A program made the translations under genes and the position numbers. Below, piece after piece: positions 10,806 to 21,112 of a stretch of DNA of 64,000 nt. Position 1 is the first letter of the stretch. The number at the start of each line of letters is the position of its first letter. Location: contig JAVKOQ020000069.1 in NCBI GenBank assembly GCA_031835245.2, forward strand, positions 124,001 through 188,000, written 5' to 3'. The stretch is from Balamuthia mandrillaris (Eukaryota). The notes below the pieces were generated by a model. The model was not told where the DNA came from and did no database searches. It was given only the letters and a program-made list of their open reading frames with translations.

Positions 10806-12393
10806 GTTTATTCTCTTCGAAATTTACTTATCTCCAAGTCAACAAACTGTAGACCCAACTTACAGAAGATATGAATAAACTCAAGGAACAACTTGCAGCT
10901 GTTTCTGGAGGTTCTGAAGCCGTTCAAAAGGTATCTATTCGTCTTCTTTTCAGTTTCATCTCCTTGCTGACCCTTGGGCAACAAGTGTGACCAAGCTCCG
11001 CTATTTTTTGCCAATCTAAACTCTTTCTCTCTCTCTCTCTCTCTCGCTCGCTCGATTGCTGTAATTTCGTTCTCTCCTATAAGGCCAAACAAGTGATTCA
11101 ACAGTTACAAACACAGTATCAAGAAGCCCAAAACAAATCCAACGATCTCGAGGCAAAGCTTATCAACCTCATCAATGTGATCAAACAGGAACGAGCTCGC
11201 TATGCCAGGTTTTCTATGCTCTTTCTCTATTGTATTCTCTTCTCTTTCTCTTTTCTCATTATCTCTATTTGCAACAACACTATAAAGGGATTTGGAAGAC
11301 AGCAAAACGTCCAACGAAGAATTAAAACGAAGTGTGGCCATCTTTGAGAAAAAGTTACAACAGTTAACAGAAGCACAGCAACAACGTCCGCTAGCCTCTT
11401 CTTCATCCTCATCATCTCCAGAAGATAAAGAAAAGATACAACAGTTGGAAGCTCAACTGCGAACAGCTAATGAGAAGCTCTCTAAAATGGAAGCTGAAAA
11501 GACTCAACAGCAAAGAGAAACTGAACAAAAGCTTGAAGTCTATCGCGACAAGCTCAAAGAGCTTGTTTCCAAATCCGAAGCAAAGAATGCTGCTTCTTCT
11601 GCTGCGCCGACGGTTGAACTAGAGAGAAAGTTATTCGAAGCAACACAAAGAGCAACCGAAGCTGAGAACAAAGCACAACATTTAGAATTGGCATTGAAGA
11701 ACCTTCAAGAAGAAGTAAAAGCGCAAAAGCAGAAGAAGATGGAAGAAGATGAGGACGCTTCTCTCGCTGCCTTTGCTGCTTCTGCTTCTGCTGCTCCGCC
11801 TCCGCCTACCCCTGATTTCGGACCTCCACCTCCACCACCTTCTTCTGCTCCTCCTCCACCCTCTCTTCCTTCTTCATCACCATCAAAGTTACCAACAGGA
11901 GGAAGTGGAAACCGAGGTGATCTGTTGAAACAAATCCAACAAGGAAAGAGGCTTAGAAAGGCAGCCACTAGCCCGCGTCCTGTTCCGCCCATCAACATTG
12001 CACCTGCCGCTAAAAAAGGACCAGGTTTCTTTTTCCTCTTTTCTTTTCTATTCTTTTCATCGTCTCTTCTCCTCTCTTTTGTTTTCTCTCTCTCTTTCTC
12101 TCTCTCTCCTCTCTCTCTCTCCATCTCTCACAAAGGGAATTTGTGACTTTCAACGAAACAACAGGAGGAGACGGTCTAGACTTTGGTAATCTAGCAGGAA
12201 TGGCGTCTCAGTTGGCAAAGGAACGGAGAGCACGTATTACCGCTCAACAAAACAAACAGGGCTTTCGACGTAGGATTTTTTTTCCCTTATCCTTTTTCAT
12301 TGCTCTTCCTTTTCTTATGACTGATCTTTCCACTCAAAAGGATCGGTTCGGCTTGATGTATTGCTGGATCAACACGACAGTGACCGTTCCTAA
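9726..12393 (+). CDS. Coiled-coil protein with polyproline tract and WH2 actin-binding motif, multi-exon
   Basis: Coiled-coil exons, PPPPP runs and NRGDLLKQIQQGKRLRKA (WH2 pattern). The last exon was read as ...FRRSVRLDVLLDQHDSDRS*. Confidence 0.7.
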
Positions 12394-12703
12394 CTCTCTT
12401 CTCTTTTATTTTGCTCATCTGAACGGTTTCATTTTATTCGCCAAATGAACAAATGATTGTACACTATTCAAAGGAGGAACTTCTCCTTTATCACTTCACC
12501 AAACCTTTCTCCCTGTCCCCATTTTGATCACTTCCGAAATGGCCGGCATTCGCTGCCTCCACGGATAGCTATCCAAGGGGAAACAGTTGAGAGGCCCCAT
12601 TGCGGCAGCGTACCGTCCGACCAAGCGTCCAAACTCCACACGTGCAGGAAATTACTCAAAAAGAATCCCACAATAAAAAACAGCTGTTGAATTCGTAAGA
12701 TAA

Positions 12704-14617
12704 ATGAAACGGCGTTTACACTCTTACCTATTATGCACAGTCCCACCACCACGCAAGGGTATCACAACACAGCCCACCATTCCTTCCACAGACCACTACG
12801 TCACCCCTGGAGAAGTTCGCAAGCACTACAAAGTCAGCCACGAGAGCCTCCGCCGCTGGGCAGAAGCAGGAGATGGACGCCTTCGCTTTACTCGCCAAAG
12901 GACGTCGGTTCCGGCCTCAACTACAACCGCCCAGGCTTTCAAGCCCTTCTGGAACGAGTGTACTCGGGCGTGGTCTCCGTGGTTGCAGTTACCCACAAGG
13001 ACCGTCTCTGCCGCTATGGGTTCGAGCTGGTGGAGTTCTTATTTGCCAAGACAGGCACACGGCTCATGGTTCTCAGTGACCAGGATGCTCCCGAACGAGA
13101 CCCCAGCAGGGAGCTTGCTGACGACCTGCTGGCCATCTGCAACTACTTCGTGGCCAAGAACAACGGCAGGAGGGCTCAAAAGCGCCGCCAGCGCAAGCGA
13201 CGAGATGCTGTCGCCGTTGAATCAGACGAAGAAGAGAAAGAAGGCGTCGAAGAAGGGGAAGAGGAGAGAGAAAGAGAAAGAGAAAGCGGAGGAGGAGGAG
13301 GAGGAGGAGGAGAAAGCACGACCACCAGTCGAGTACAAAGTGAGAAAGATACGGATTTACCCGACGACGAAACAGAAAGAGACCTTGAAGAGGTGGATAG
13401 GAACGACCAGGTGGACCTACAACCAGTGTCTGACAGGGGTCAAAAACGAAAACGTGCCACGGACCAAGAAAGCCCTGCGGGCCAAGTACCTAAACCAAGA
13501 CGCCCCCGATCTGCCCGATTGGGTGCTGGACACACCGTACGACGTAAGAGACGAAGGCATGAATGACCTGCTCAAGGCCTACAGCACCAACCTGGCCAAA
13601 CAGAGGAGACAGAAGAAGAGACTGAAGTTCGAGGTGCGATTCCGCAGCAAGAAAGCCCCTCAGGAGAGCATAGTGATTCACATCAAACATTGGCATGGTG
13701 CTGGGAGGATCTATCCCAAGTCCTTCGGCAAGGAGGAGGTCCTCAGGGCCGCTGAGACCCTGCCGGACAAACTGCCCAGCGACAGCCGGTTGACGCGCAC
13801 CCGCTGGGGCAAGTACTACTTATGCATTCCCGTACCCTTGGAGGCGGTGGTGGTGGGTGGTAAAGGGGACGATAACCAAGTCCCTGTTACTCCCACAGTC
13901 GCAAGGGTGGTGGCCATCGATCCTGGGGTGCGCACCTTTGGTACTTGTTATGAAGCCCCCAGCGGTGAAGCCTACGAATGGGGAAGGAGGGACATTGGAC
14001 GCATTGAGCGCCTTTGCCATTGTCTGGATCTACTCCAGAGCCGATGGAGCCAACCAGGGGTCAAGGCCAGGCGGCGATACCGCATGCGGCGGGCGGCCGC
14101 CCGGATGAGGGAACGCATCCGCAACCTGGTGGACGAGGTACACAAGAAGATGGCCCTCTGGTTGGTGGAGAACCACGACCTGGTGCTCCTCCCCGAGTTC
14201 GCTACGGGCAACATGGTCCTCAAGCGAGCCCGCAGGCGGATCGGGAGCAAGACCGTGAGAGCCATGCTGGGGTGGGCGCACTTTCGCTTTCGTCAAAGGC
14301 TGTTGAACAAGGCCAGAGAGCATCCTCGTTGTCGAGTGGAGATCGTGAGCGAGGCCTATACCTCCATAACCTGCGGCCATTGCGGGCAGCTACGTAGGGA
14401 CTTGGGCAAGAAGGAGGTCTTCTACTGCCCCCATTGCCACCTCAAGGCGGGAAGGGACATCCACGCAGCTCGGAACATCCTCCTTCGCTACCTTGCCACC
14501 CACAACTACTACCCTCAAACAACGACAACAACAACATCAACAAGAGCCGACGAGTCTCTCCCCATGGGGAGGGACGGTTTGTTGGCACTGGGTCCTACCC
14601 CCTCATATGTACCTTAA
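12704..14617 (+). CDS. tnpB: Fanzor2/TnpB RNA-guided endonuclease (true start uncertain)
   Basis: KIRIYPTTKQKETLKRWIGTTRWTYN N-terminal motif; RuvC-I VAIDPGVRTF; LLPEF; VSEAYTSITCGHCG; CPHC; RuvC-III RDIHAARNIL; no stops. Confidence 0.93.
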   Translation: MKRRLHSYLLCTVPPPRKGITTQPTIPSTDHYVTPGEVRKHYKVSHESLRRWAEAGDGRLRFTRQRTSVPASTTTAQAFKPFWNECTRAWSPWLQLPTRTVSAAMGSSWWSSYLPRQAHGSWFSVTRMLPNETPAGSLLTTCWPSATTSWPRTTAGGLKSAASASDEMLSPLNQTKKRKKASKKGKRREKEKEKAEEEEEEEEKARPPVEYKVRKIRIYPTTKQKETLKRWIGTTRWTYNQCLTGVKNENVPRTKKALRAKYLNQDAPDLPDWVLDTPYDVRDEGMNDLLKAYSTNLAKQRRQKKRLKFEVRFRSKKAPQESIVIHIKHWHGAGRIYPKSFGKEEVLRAAETLPDKLPSDSRLTRTRWGKYYLCIPVPLEAVVVGGKGDDNQVPVTPTVARVVAIDPGVRTFGTCYEAPSGEAYEWGRRDIGRIERLCHCLDLLQSRWSQPGVKARRRYRMRRAAARMRERIRNLVDEVHKKMALWLVENHDLVLLPEFATGNMVLKRARRRIGSKTVRAMLGWAHFRFRQRLLNKAREHPRCRVEIVSEAYTSITCGHCGQLRRDLGKKEVFYCPHCHLKAGRDIHAARNILLRYLATHNYYPQTTTTTTSTRADESLPMGRDGLLALGPTPSYVP

Positions 14618-14668
14618 TGGTGTGGTACATATGTGCATGATTTGCAAGATGTGCAAGTTTAATGTAGG
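12711..14668 (+). mobile_element. IS607-family element encoding Fanzor2 (non-autonomous derivative)
   Basis: Serine-recombinase remnant overlapping a TnpB/Fanzor ORF, intronless, with GG at both proposed ends and 9-nt repeats near the right end. The left end is tentative. Confidence 0.85.
12761..13566 (+). pseudogene. tnpA: IS607 TnpA serine recombinase, internally deleted and frameshifted
   Basis: The HTH (YVTPGEVRKHYKVSHESLRRWAEAG) is in one frame and DVGSGLNYNRPGFQALLERVYSGVVSVVAVTHKDRLCRYGFELVEFLF...ELADDLLAICNYF in another. There is no catalytic Y-x-R-V-S motif between them. Confidence 0.85.
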
Positions 14669-14688
14669 CGTAGTAATAAGAGGAAGAA
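14537..14688 (+). ncRNA. Predicted omegaRNA: scaffold to ~14668 plus flank-derived guide
   Basis: Long stem 14537-14585; GGG-TCCTA-CCC hairpin 14590-14600; perfect 10-bp stem 14604-14613/14624-14633; CCTA(C) complementary to terminal (G)TAGG 14664-14668. Confidence 0.7.
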
Positions 14689-14743
14689 CAAGAAGCGAAA
14701 AAAAAAAGGTTCAATTAGTATTGAAAGCTTTGTTATTGTGCGT

Positions 14744-15650
14744 CTACAGGCCTTTATCTTTGACCATGTCCTCACTGAGCTGCCACAACTTCTTTGCGGT
14801 GGCATCATCCACCTTGGGGTGCTTGACCGGGGCGCAGTCCGAGAAATACTGGCCAGAGCGTTTGCCATCCTCCAGCTCGGGTGCTATGCAGCAGTACAGG
14901 GAGGTCTGCGCTCCCTCAAACGCGGTCTTCAGCGGCAGGAAATAGGTGAACCAAGGCTGGCGCAACAGGAAGGGAATGGGCTGGATCATGTGTCGGGAGA
15001 GCTCGGTGACAATGGTGCCAGGATGCAGGGAGAATGCAGAGACCACCGGTTTGTCCTTGCCGTTGTAACCCTCTTCTTTCAGGCGGCGGGCCAGCTCGTG
15101 CACAAAGAGCACGTTGGCCAACTTGCTTTGGCAGTAGGCAGCATAGCGGTTGTAGCTCTGCACAGAGTTGATGTCCTGGAAGTAGATCTTGGCGAGGGGG
15201 GCAGTGGAGGCCAGGGAGGACACGCTGACAATGCGACTGGGAGCGCTTTCTTTGAGTTTGTCGAGGAGCAGGTTTGTAAGCAGGAAGTGTCCCAAATGGT
15301 TTGTTCCGAATTGCTGTTTGATCCAAAGGAAGAATGTAATCAGTTTTCTTCCTCCTTATCTTGTCTTCTTTTCTCTTCTACGGTTTTTCTATTCTTGTCT
15401 TTGTCTCTCCTCACTTCCCCTTCTTATCTAGTCTCGATGAGCATTGTCAAGTTACGTACCAGTTCGAAGCCATCTTTAGTGGTTTCTTTAGGAGTGAACA
15501 TGACACCGGCGTTGAGAACGAGAAGGTGCAGAGGCATGTTTCTTTTGAGGAACTTTTGAGCAAACGCCCTGATAGAAGCAAGCGAGGCCAAATCCAGCTG
15601 CTGACATTCTACACTAGCTGACTTGTTTGCCTGTCCCAACCGAAAGACAC

Positions 15651-15693
<43 letters not shown>

Positions 15694-15712
15694 TAAGAGA
15701 TAGCGTTTGAGA

Positions 15713-15743
<31 letters not shown>

Positions 15744-16298
15744 CAAAAGTGCGAGAGAGTAAGTGAGAAAGAAGCAGAAGGGAAGATGCGAAATGAAAGA
15801 GGGAGCAGAAGAATGAAGCGGACGAAGAAAGAAGCAAATTTGAAAAGAAAGAACGAAAGCAACTGGAGAATGCATCAAAAGAGGAAAAGCGGTTTTTCGT
15901 TACCTTTTCGATGCGTTTCACTGCCGCCTCTCCCAGCTTTTCGTTACGGCAGGCCAAGATGACGTGAGCACCCATGCCAGCCAACGCCTTGGCCGTCTCG
16001 AATCCGATGCCAGTGTTCGCCCCAGTGACAATGACCACCTTGTCCGTCAAATCGGCTTTCGCTCTGCATACCCCTCCTCTCACCCACTACACAAAGTTTT
16101 GTTTTTTTTTTTCAGTGTTAATCGTTGGGAAGCTTGGAAGTGGAGTGGGCTCTTTTTCTTTTCAAACCCACCACCACTCCCCTTACCACTCATGCATGCT
16201 AGCAACACTACGCATGCATGCACGTTAACAAACGCACGTACCCTCTTGTAAAGCGGGAATAGCACCACAAGCGCAGCCAAGGCAACCCACCACCACAT
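14744..16298 (-). CDS. Short-chain dehydrogenase/reductase (retinol dehydrogenase-like), multi-exon
   Basis: N-terminal membrane anchor, TGANTGIG, LDLASLASIRAFA, NAGVM, YCQSKLAN and LHPG motifs. Confidence 0.92.
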
Positions 16299-16457
16299 TT
16301 GCAGTAGCAATAATAATATTTGGTTTTCTTTTCTTCTATTTTTTTTTTTGCTGAGATTTTTGTCGACAGAATCGTCGAGAATTTTGTTCAAATATTTGAC
16401 TTTTCACAATAAAATCGACAAAGTTCATGAGTCCTGGTTGGAAGTAATAGGGTGTCG

Positions 16458-16533
16458 GGCAACGTGGATAATATCCTATTAGGATTGTGGAGAAGACGCA
16501 GGTTCGAACCCTGCCATTGTTGTTGATTTTTTT
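16458..16533 (+). other. tRNA-like mini element (T-arm, imperfect acceptor stem, T-run)
   Basis: GCAGG-TTCGAAC-CCTGC at 16498-16514; GGCAACG/CATTGTT stem; T7 run at 16527; no normal D or anticodon arms. Confidence 0.45.
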
Positions 16534-16569
16534 GCTTCTCTCGTTTTTAGCTTTCGCTCTGTATTGGGC

Positions 16570-17357
16570 TCAAGGCTCTTTGGGGAGGAGTGGCTCCTCC
16601 AGAGAATTGGAGTGAACAGGCAAGTAAAGATGTTCCAGCTCGTCACCGCACTCGGTTCCATCATGATCCTCTTCTTGGTGTTCCTCCAGGAGGAGGCTAT
16701 GCAGCGAAGAGGTCACCTCGCTCTGGTTGGCTGGCAAAAAGCTGGATGCAAGGTTGTGCCTTTGCAGTCGTCGCAAGAGTCTTCTATCCGCACTGTCAGT
16801 GGAATAAGCAGCAAAGGTAAACAACGGGAGCTGTGCACGAATGTTAGGCAAGTCACAAGGAGAAAGTCATTGCTGGTTTTGATATGCACCATTCTTGGGA
16901 CCGCCACAAAGAGGAGAAATGGGATCGGCACCAAGCCCAGGACCAAGAACAATACTTCGCTCCCCAAGTGTCGTACGTTGATGAGAATAATGGCAATGCT
17001 GAAGGATTGTACGAGAATCATCAACTGAAGAATACTCAAAACAAATCCTTTGCTTTTGAACCAGAACAGCTTCTGCGTCTGCGTATAATAATATGGATAG
17101 AATGGCAGGGTTAAACAAAGAAAGGAAGCAGAAGAACAGATGCAAAGCAAAGGCGAGGACCTCAGAGATATGTGGAAGACAGCAAGGGCAACAGCACCGG
17201 CGAAAGTTATACACTATGGAGTTGCACGACTTTTTTTTGTCATAAGACCGGTCTTCAATTGGCATTACCCGCGATACTTCTTTCTTTACCAGTTTCCTGT
17301 TTTATTTTTTTAAGTCAGCAAAACTGAGAAGGCCACAACCGAGAGTGAAAAGAGCCA

Positions 17358-17402
<45 letters not shown>

Positions 17403-17864
17403 CGCGAGCAACCTGACAATCCAGCGAAGTTTGATCGTCAAAGGAACTGAAACGATGACTAATGCCCACTCCAACCCCGCTATTACTGACAGCAACGGAC
17501 CCATAAACAGTTCTTCAAAGAGCTCGTCTCCGTTTTCAGATGGCTTATCATCTGCCTTGTGGCCATTGCTAAAAGGCCTGTCATACAAACCAGTTCTGTT
17601 AGTTGATGAGGTAATAAAACAAGCGAGACAAGAAAAGTGGATAGTAAACCAAAAGACGGCTTCAACATCGACAATGGCAGCATAGATAATGACAAGAATC
17701 CACATCTTGTAGTCTATTTCTATAGTCGCCAGCACGACTCGTTGCAGAGACTCTCGAATGTACCGATAGTAGTTAAACTCAGGAGTCAGTCCGTGCGTTT
17801 CGATGCATTTCCTTTTGGGCGGAGGAATGACGTTTAACTCTCCCTCAAAGAGGAAGAAAAGAGA

Positions 17865-17912
<48 letters not shown>

Positions 17913-18535
17913 TAGTTAGAAGACTGAACTCACCGCCTAAGCGCCGTATATATGCGCCGGGAGATAGCTCGTTTGCTTGAACAAGACTTTTTGAACCTTT
18001 TCCAAGTCGTTTTTTTTCTTTCTTCCTTTATTCCTGTTTCGCAAGTAGCGGTGAGAGGTCCAAAAAAAAGTATACAAAGAGAAGAAGGTACACAATTATC
18101 ACGAACCATTCTTGATCTTTTTCTCCATTACTTTGAACCTTCGCACCCAAACGACAGAGAGGACAAGCAAGAACCCAACCAGAATGATATATAACAAAGA
18201 GGAAACAAACAGCGTAATATGAACAACTTCCACGCCTTCTTGCAAGTGCTGTTTAAACCATGAACAGAACCTCAAGGTCAGTTGTTGATATTGCGGCAAG
18301 AAAGAGACCAAAAGATAGAAAAGAGCACCTTCGGAAGGACTTTGGAGTACGTCAGCGAAAAGAGGAAGAAGGAGACAATGCCCAATATCGACAGCTCCTT
18401 GAACATGGCCGACATGAACTGTGGAGGAATTTTGAAGCGTGCCATGATCCGCAGCAACAGCTTGGAGAGCAAAATATAGCCTTGCGACATGAACAAGACG
18501 CAAACGATGACGAGCGCAAGCGAGAAGATCGCCAT
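16570..18535 (-). CDS. MLO-like multi-pass membrane protein, paralog A
   Basis: KELSILGIVSFFLF, VHITLFVSSLLY, HGLTPEFNYYRYIRESL and KLFWFKS occur in the order of MLO motifs. Confidence 0.7.
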
Positions 18536-18750
18536 TCTTCTGGAACTGGTTTTATCCTAAGCTTCGGTTTTGAGTGTTGTCTGCGAGCAGCCAGTTAAAC
18601 TTGTGGTTCTGTTTCTTCACAAGAACGAAACAAGAGGCAAGAATACGTTGTTGTACTTTCATAAGGACAGCAGCAACTGGTCTGAAAAGCAAACACGAGC
18701 GCGTCGTTTCGTGCTTTTGTAACTATTCCTTTGATTTATGGTTGGTCCAA

Positions 18751-20789
18751 CTATGTCGACCGAAATGAAGTACATTTGTCCCTGCCGCCACCGAGGAGTG
18801 GCTCTTCCAGAGAGTGGTTGACAGGCAAGTAAAGATGCTGTAGGCTGCCTTTGCGCGGGGCTCCTTCCTCATCATCGTCATCCTCTTCCTCCTCTGCCCG
18901 CTTGCGTTCTTCCTTCTCATATCCTTGTGCACCATGCAATAATGACAGCTCGCTAGCGTCGTCTTCGCCGTCGTCCGGAGGCCAACGGGAAATATGAGCA
19001 TTGGTCTTTTGCAAGCGTCGCAACAGTCGTCTGTCCGCACTATCTCCAGAGTAAGCAGCTACGGTGAACAAAGGAAGCTAATTGCAGAAATGAAGCAAGC
19101 TAAGATAACGAAAGAGAGATGAGAAATAAGAAAGAGAAATTGGTTTTACCAGGGAAGGAACGGCAAAGAAAAGAATGTATGGAATGGGCACTAGGCTGAG
19201 GACCAACAACAATATTTCTTCTCCCAGGTAGCGTGCGTTGATGAGGATGATTGCAAAACTGAACGCTTGAAGCAAAACCATTACCTGGATAATACTTCTC
19301 GTAAAGCCTTTGCTTTTGAACCAAAACAACTTTTGAGTCTTGTGTTTCGTTAGGTTCATTAGGTTAGCCTTCCTCAAAAAGATGTCCAAGAACAGCACAA
19401 ACGAAACAGCACAGCCAAACCTCAGAGATGTGTGGAAGGCAGCAAGGACAGCAACATCGCTGGAAGTTATAAAGAAAAGAATTGTGCACATGCTTCTTAT
19501 CATAAGCGCGGTCTTCTATGGGCAGCACATGCGTTACCTCCTTCTTAATTGTTTGCCTGTTATGTTCAATGAGAACTTGAAAGAGGACCATAAAAGAAGA
19601 AGAGAAGGAGAACAAGAAGCACTAGAAGAAAAAGAAGAAGAAGAAGAAGAAGAAGAACAAGAACAAGAAGAAGAACTAGAAGAACTAGAAGAAGAACTAG
19701 AAGAAGAACAAGAAGCACAAGAAAAGAAGAAGAAGAAGAACAAGAACAAGAAGAAGCCAAAGGAGAAGAAGAAGCAGAAGAAGAAGAAGAAGAAGAAGAA
19801 GAAGAAGAAGAAGAAGAAGAACAAGAACAAGAACAAGAACAAGAATGACAAGAACGACAAGAACGACAACAATAAAAACCTTATAACACAGCGAAGCTTA
19901 ACTGCTAACGGAAAGGACAAAATCACCAGAGCCCACTCTAACGCTGCAATCACCAACAACAAAGGTCCAATGAAAAGCTCCTCATAGATCAAGTCTCCGT
20001 CTTCAGACTCTTTATGCTTCACTATCTTTGTGTGTATTCTAAACGGCCTGTAGTAACCATCAAACAAACGCTTAACGTGAGATATAAAGACAAACAAAGA
20101 TAATGGGCAACAAACCAAAAGACAGCCTCAATATCGACGATGGCAGCATAGATAATGACCAGCAGCCACATCTTATAGTCTATTTCCATCGTTGCCAACA
20201 CTACCCGTTGCAGAGACTCCCGAATGTACCGATAGTAGTTAAAGTCGGGTGATAGCCCATGCGTTTCGATGCATTTGCTGTCCAAAACAAAAAAAGATAA
20301 GCACAAGAGAGAAGAAGAAAGCACAGCAGAAGAGAATAGACAATGAGGAGGCGAAGCAGAGATGGAGAGGAGAGGACAAAGGACAAGAATTCGGAAGCGA
20401 CTAAGACGAACTAACCGTCGAAGAGCAGTATAAATAGGACGAGAAATAGCTCGTCTGCTGGAAAAAAACTTTTTGACCCGTTTCCAAAACGTACGTTTTC
20501 TTTCTTCCTTCACTCCTGTTTTTAACAAACCCATTCAGTTCTCTTGCAAAAAAAAAAAAAAAAAAAAAAAAAGAATACGACAGAGAAAAGAAGGACAAAA
20601 AAACGTTACCGGTTATCACTTTGTGCTCCATTAGTTTGAACCGGCGCACCCAAAAGACAGAAAGGAACAACAAGAACCCAACCAGAAAGATATACAGCAG
20701 AGAGGTAACGAACAGAGTGATGTGAACAATTTCCACTCCCTCCTGCAGGTGCTGGTTGACCAATGAGCAGAACAGCAGTCAGTTTTCCT

Positions 20790-20832
<43 letters not shown>

Positions 20833-21112
20833 AGAAGGAGAAGAAGAAGAAGAAGAAGAAGAAGAAGAAGAAGAAGAAGAAGAAGAACAAGAACAAGAAG
20901 AGCACCTCTGGAAGTACTTTGGAGTAAGTAAGCGCAAAGAGGAAGAAAGAGATGACGCCCAAGATGGAAAGCTCCTTGAACAGGGCCGACATGAACTGCT
21001 GAGGGATTTTGAAGCCGATCATGACCCGAAGCAAGGCCTCGGAGAGCAACGAAAAACCTTGCGACAGGAACAGGACGCATATACTCACAATTGCAAGAGA
21101 GAACAGCGCCAT
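18751..21112 (-). CDS. MLO-like multi-pass membrane protein, paralog B
   Basis: Same motifs and matching exon pattern as paralog A (KELSILGVISFFLF, HGLSPDFNYYRYIRESL, KLFWFKS). Confidence 0.7.
19595..19875. repeat. Intronic (GAA/GAACAA)n microsatellite
   Basis: Directly visible within an MLO-B intron. Confidence 0.9.

Noticed and set aside
12541..12618. HDV-like ribozyme (starts GGCCGGCAT, has GCCTCCACG)
   Set aside because: No 3' strand to pair P1 and P3 is mismatched; the double pseudoknot cannot be built.
12733..13566. Intact 277-aa transposase
   Set aside because: Its N-terminus is out of frame with the HTH and it lacks the catalytic serine motif.
12711..14671. GGCGT as a classical 5-bp target-site duplication
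   Set aside because: IS607 serine recombinases use a GG core without true TSDs; the extra CGT match may be chance or target preference, so it is kept only as a boundary hint.
14738..15559. 273-aa plus-strand ORF downstream of Fanzor as an accessory gene
   Set aside because: Antisense shadow of the SDR gene and outside the element end.
16458..16522. Functional tRNA gene
   Set aside because: Only 65 nt, with no D-arm and no assignable anticodon loop.
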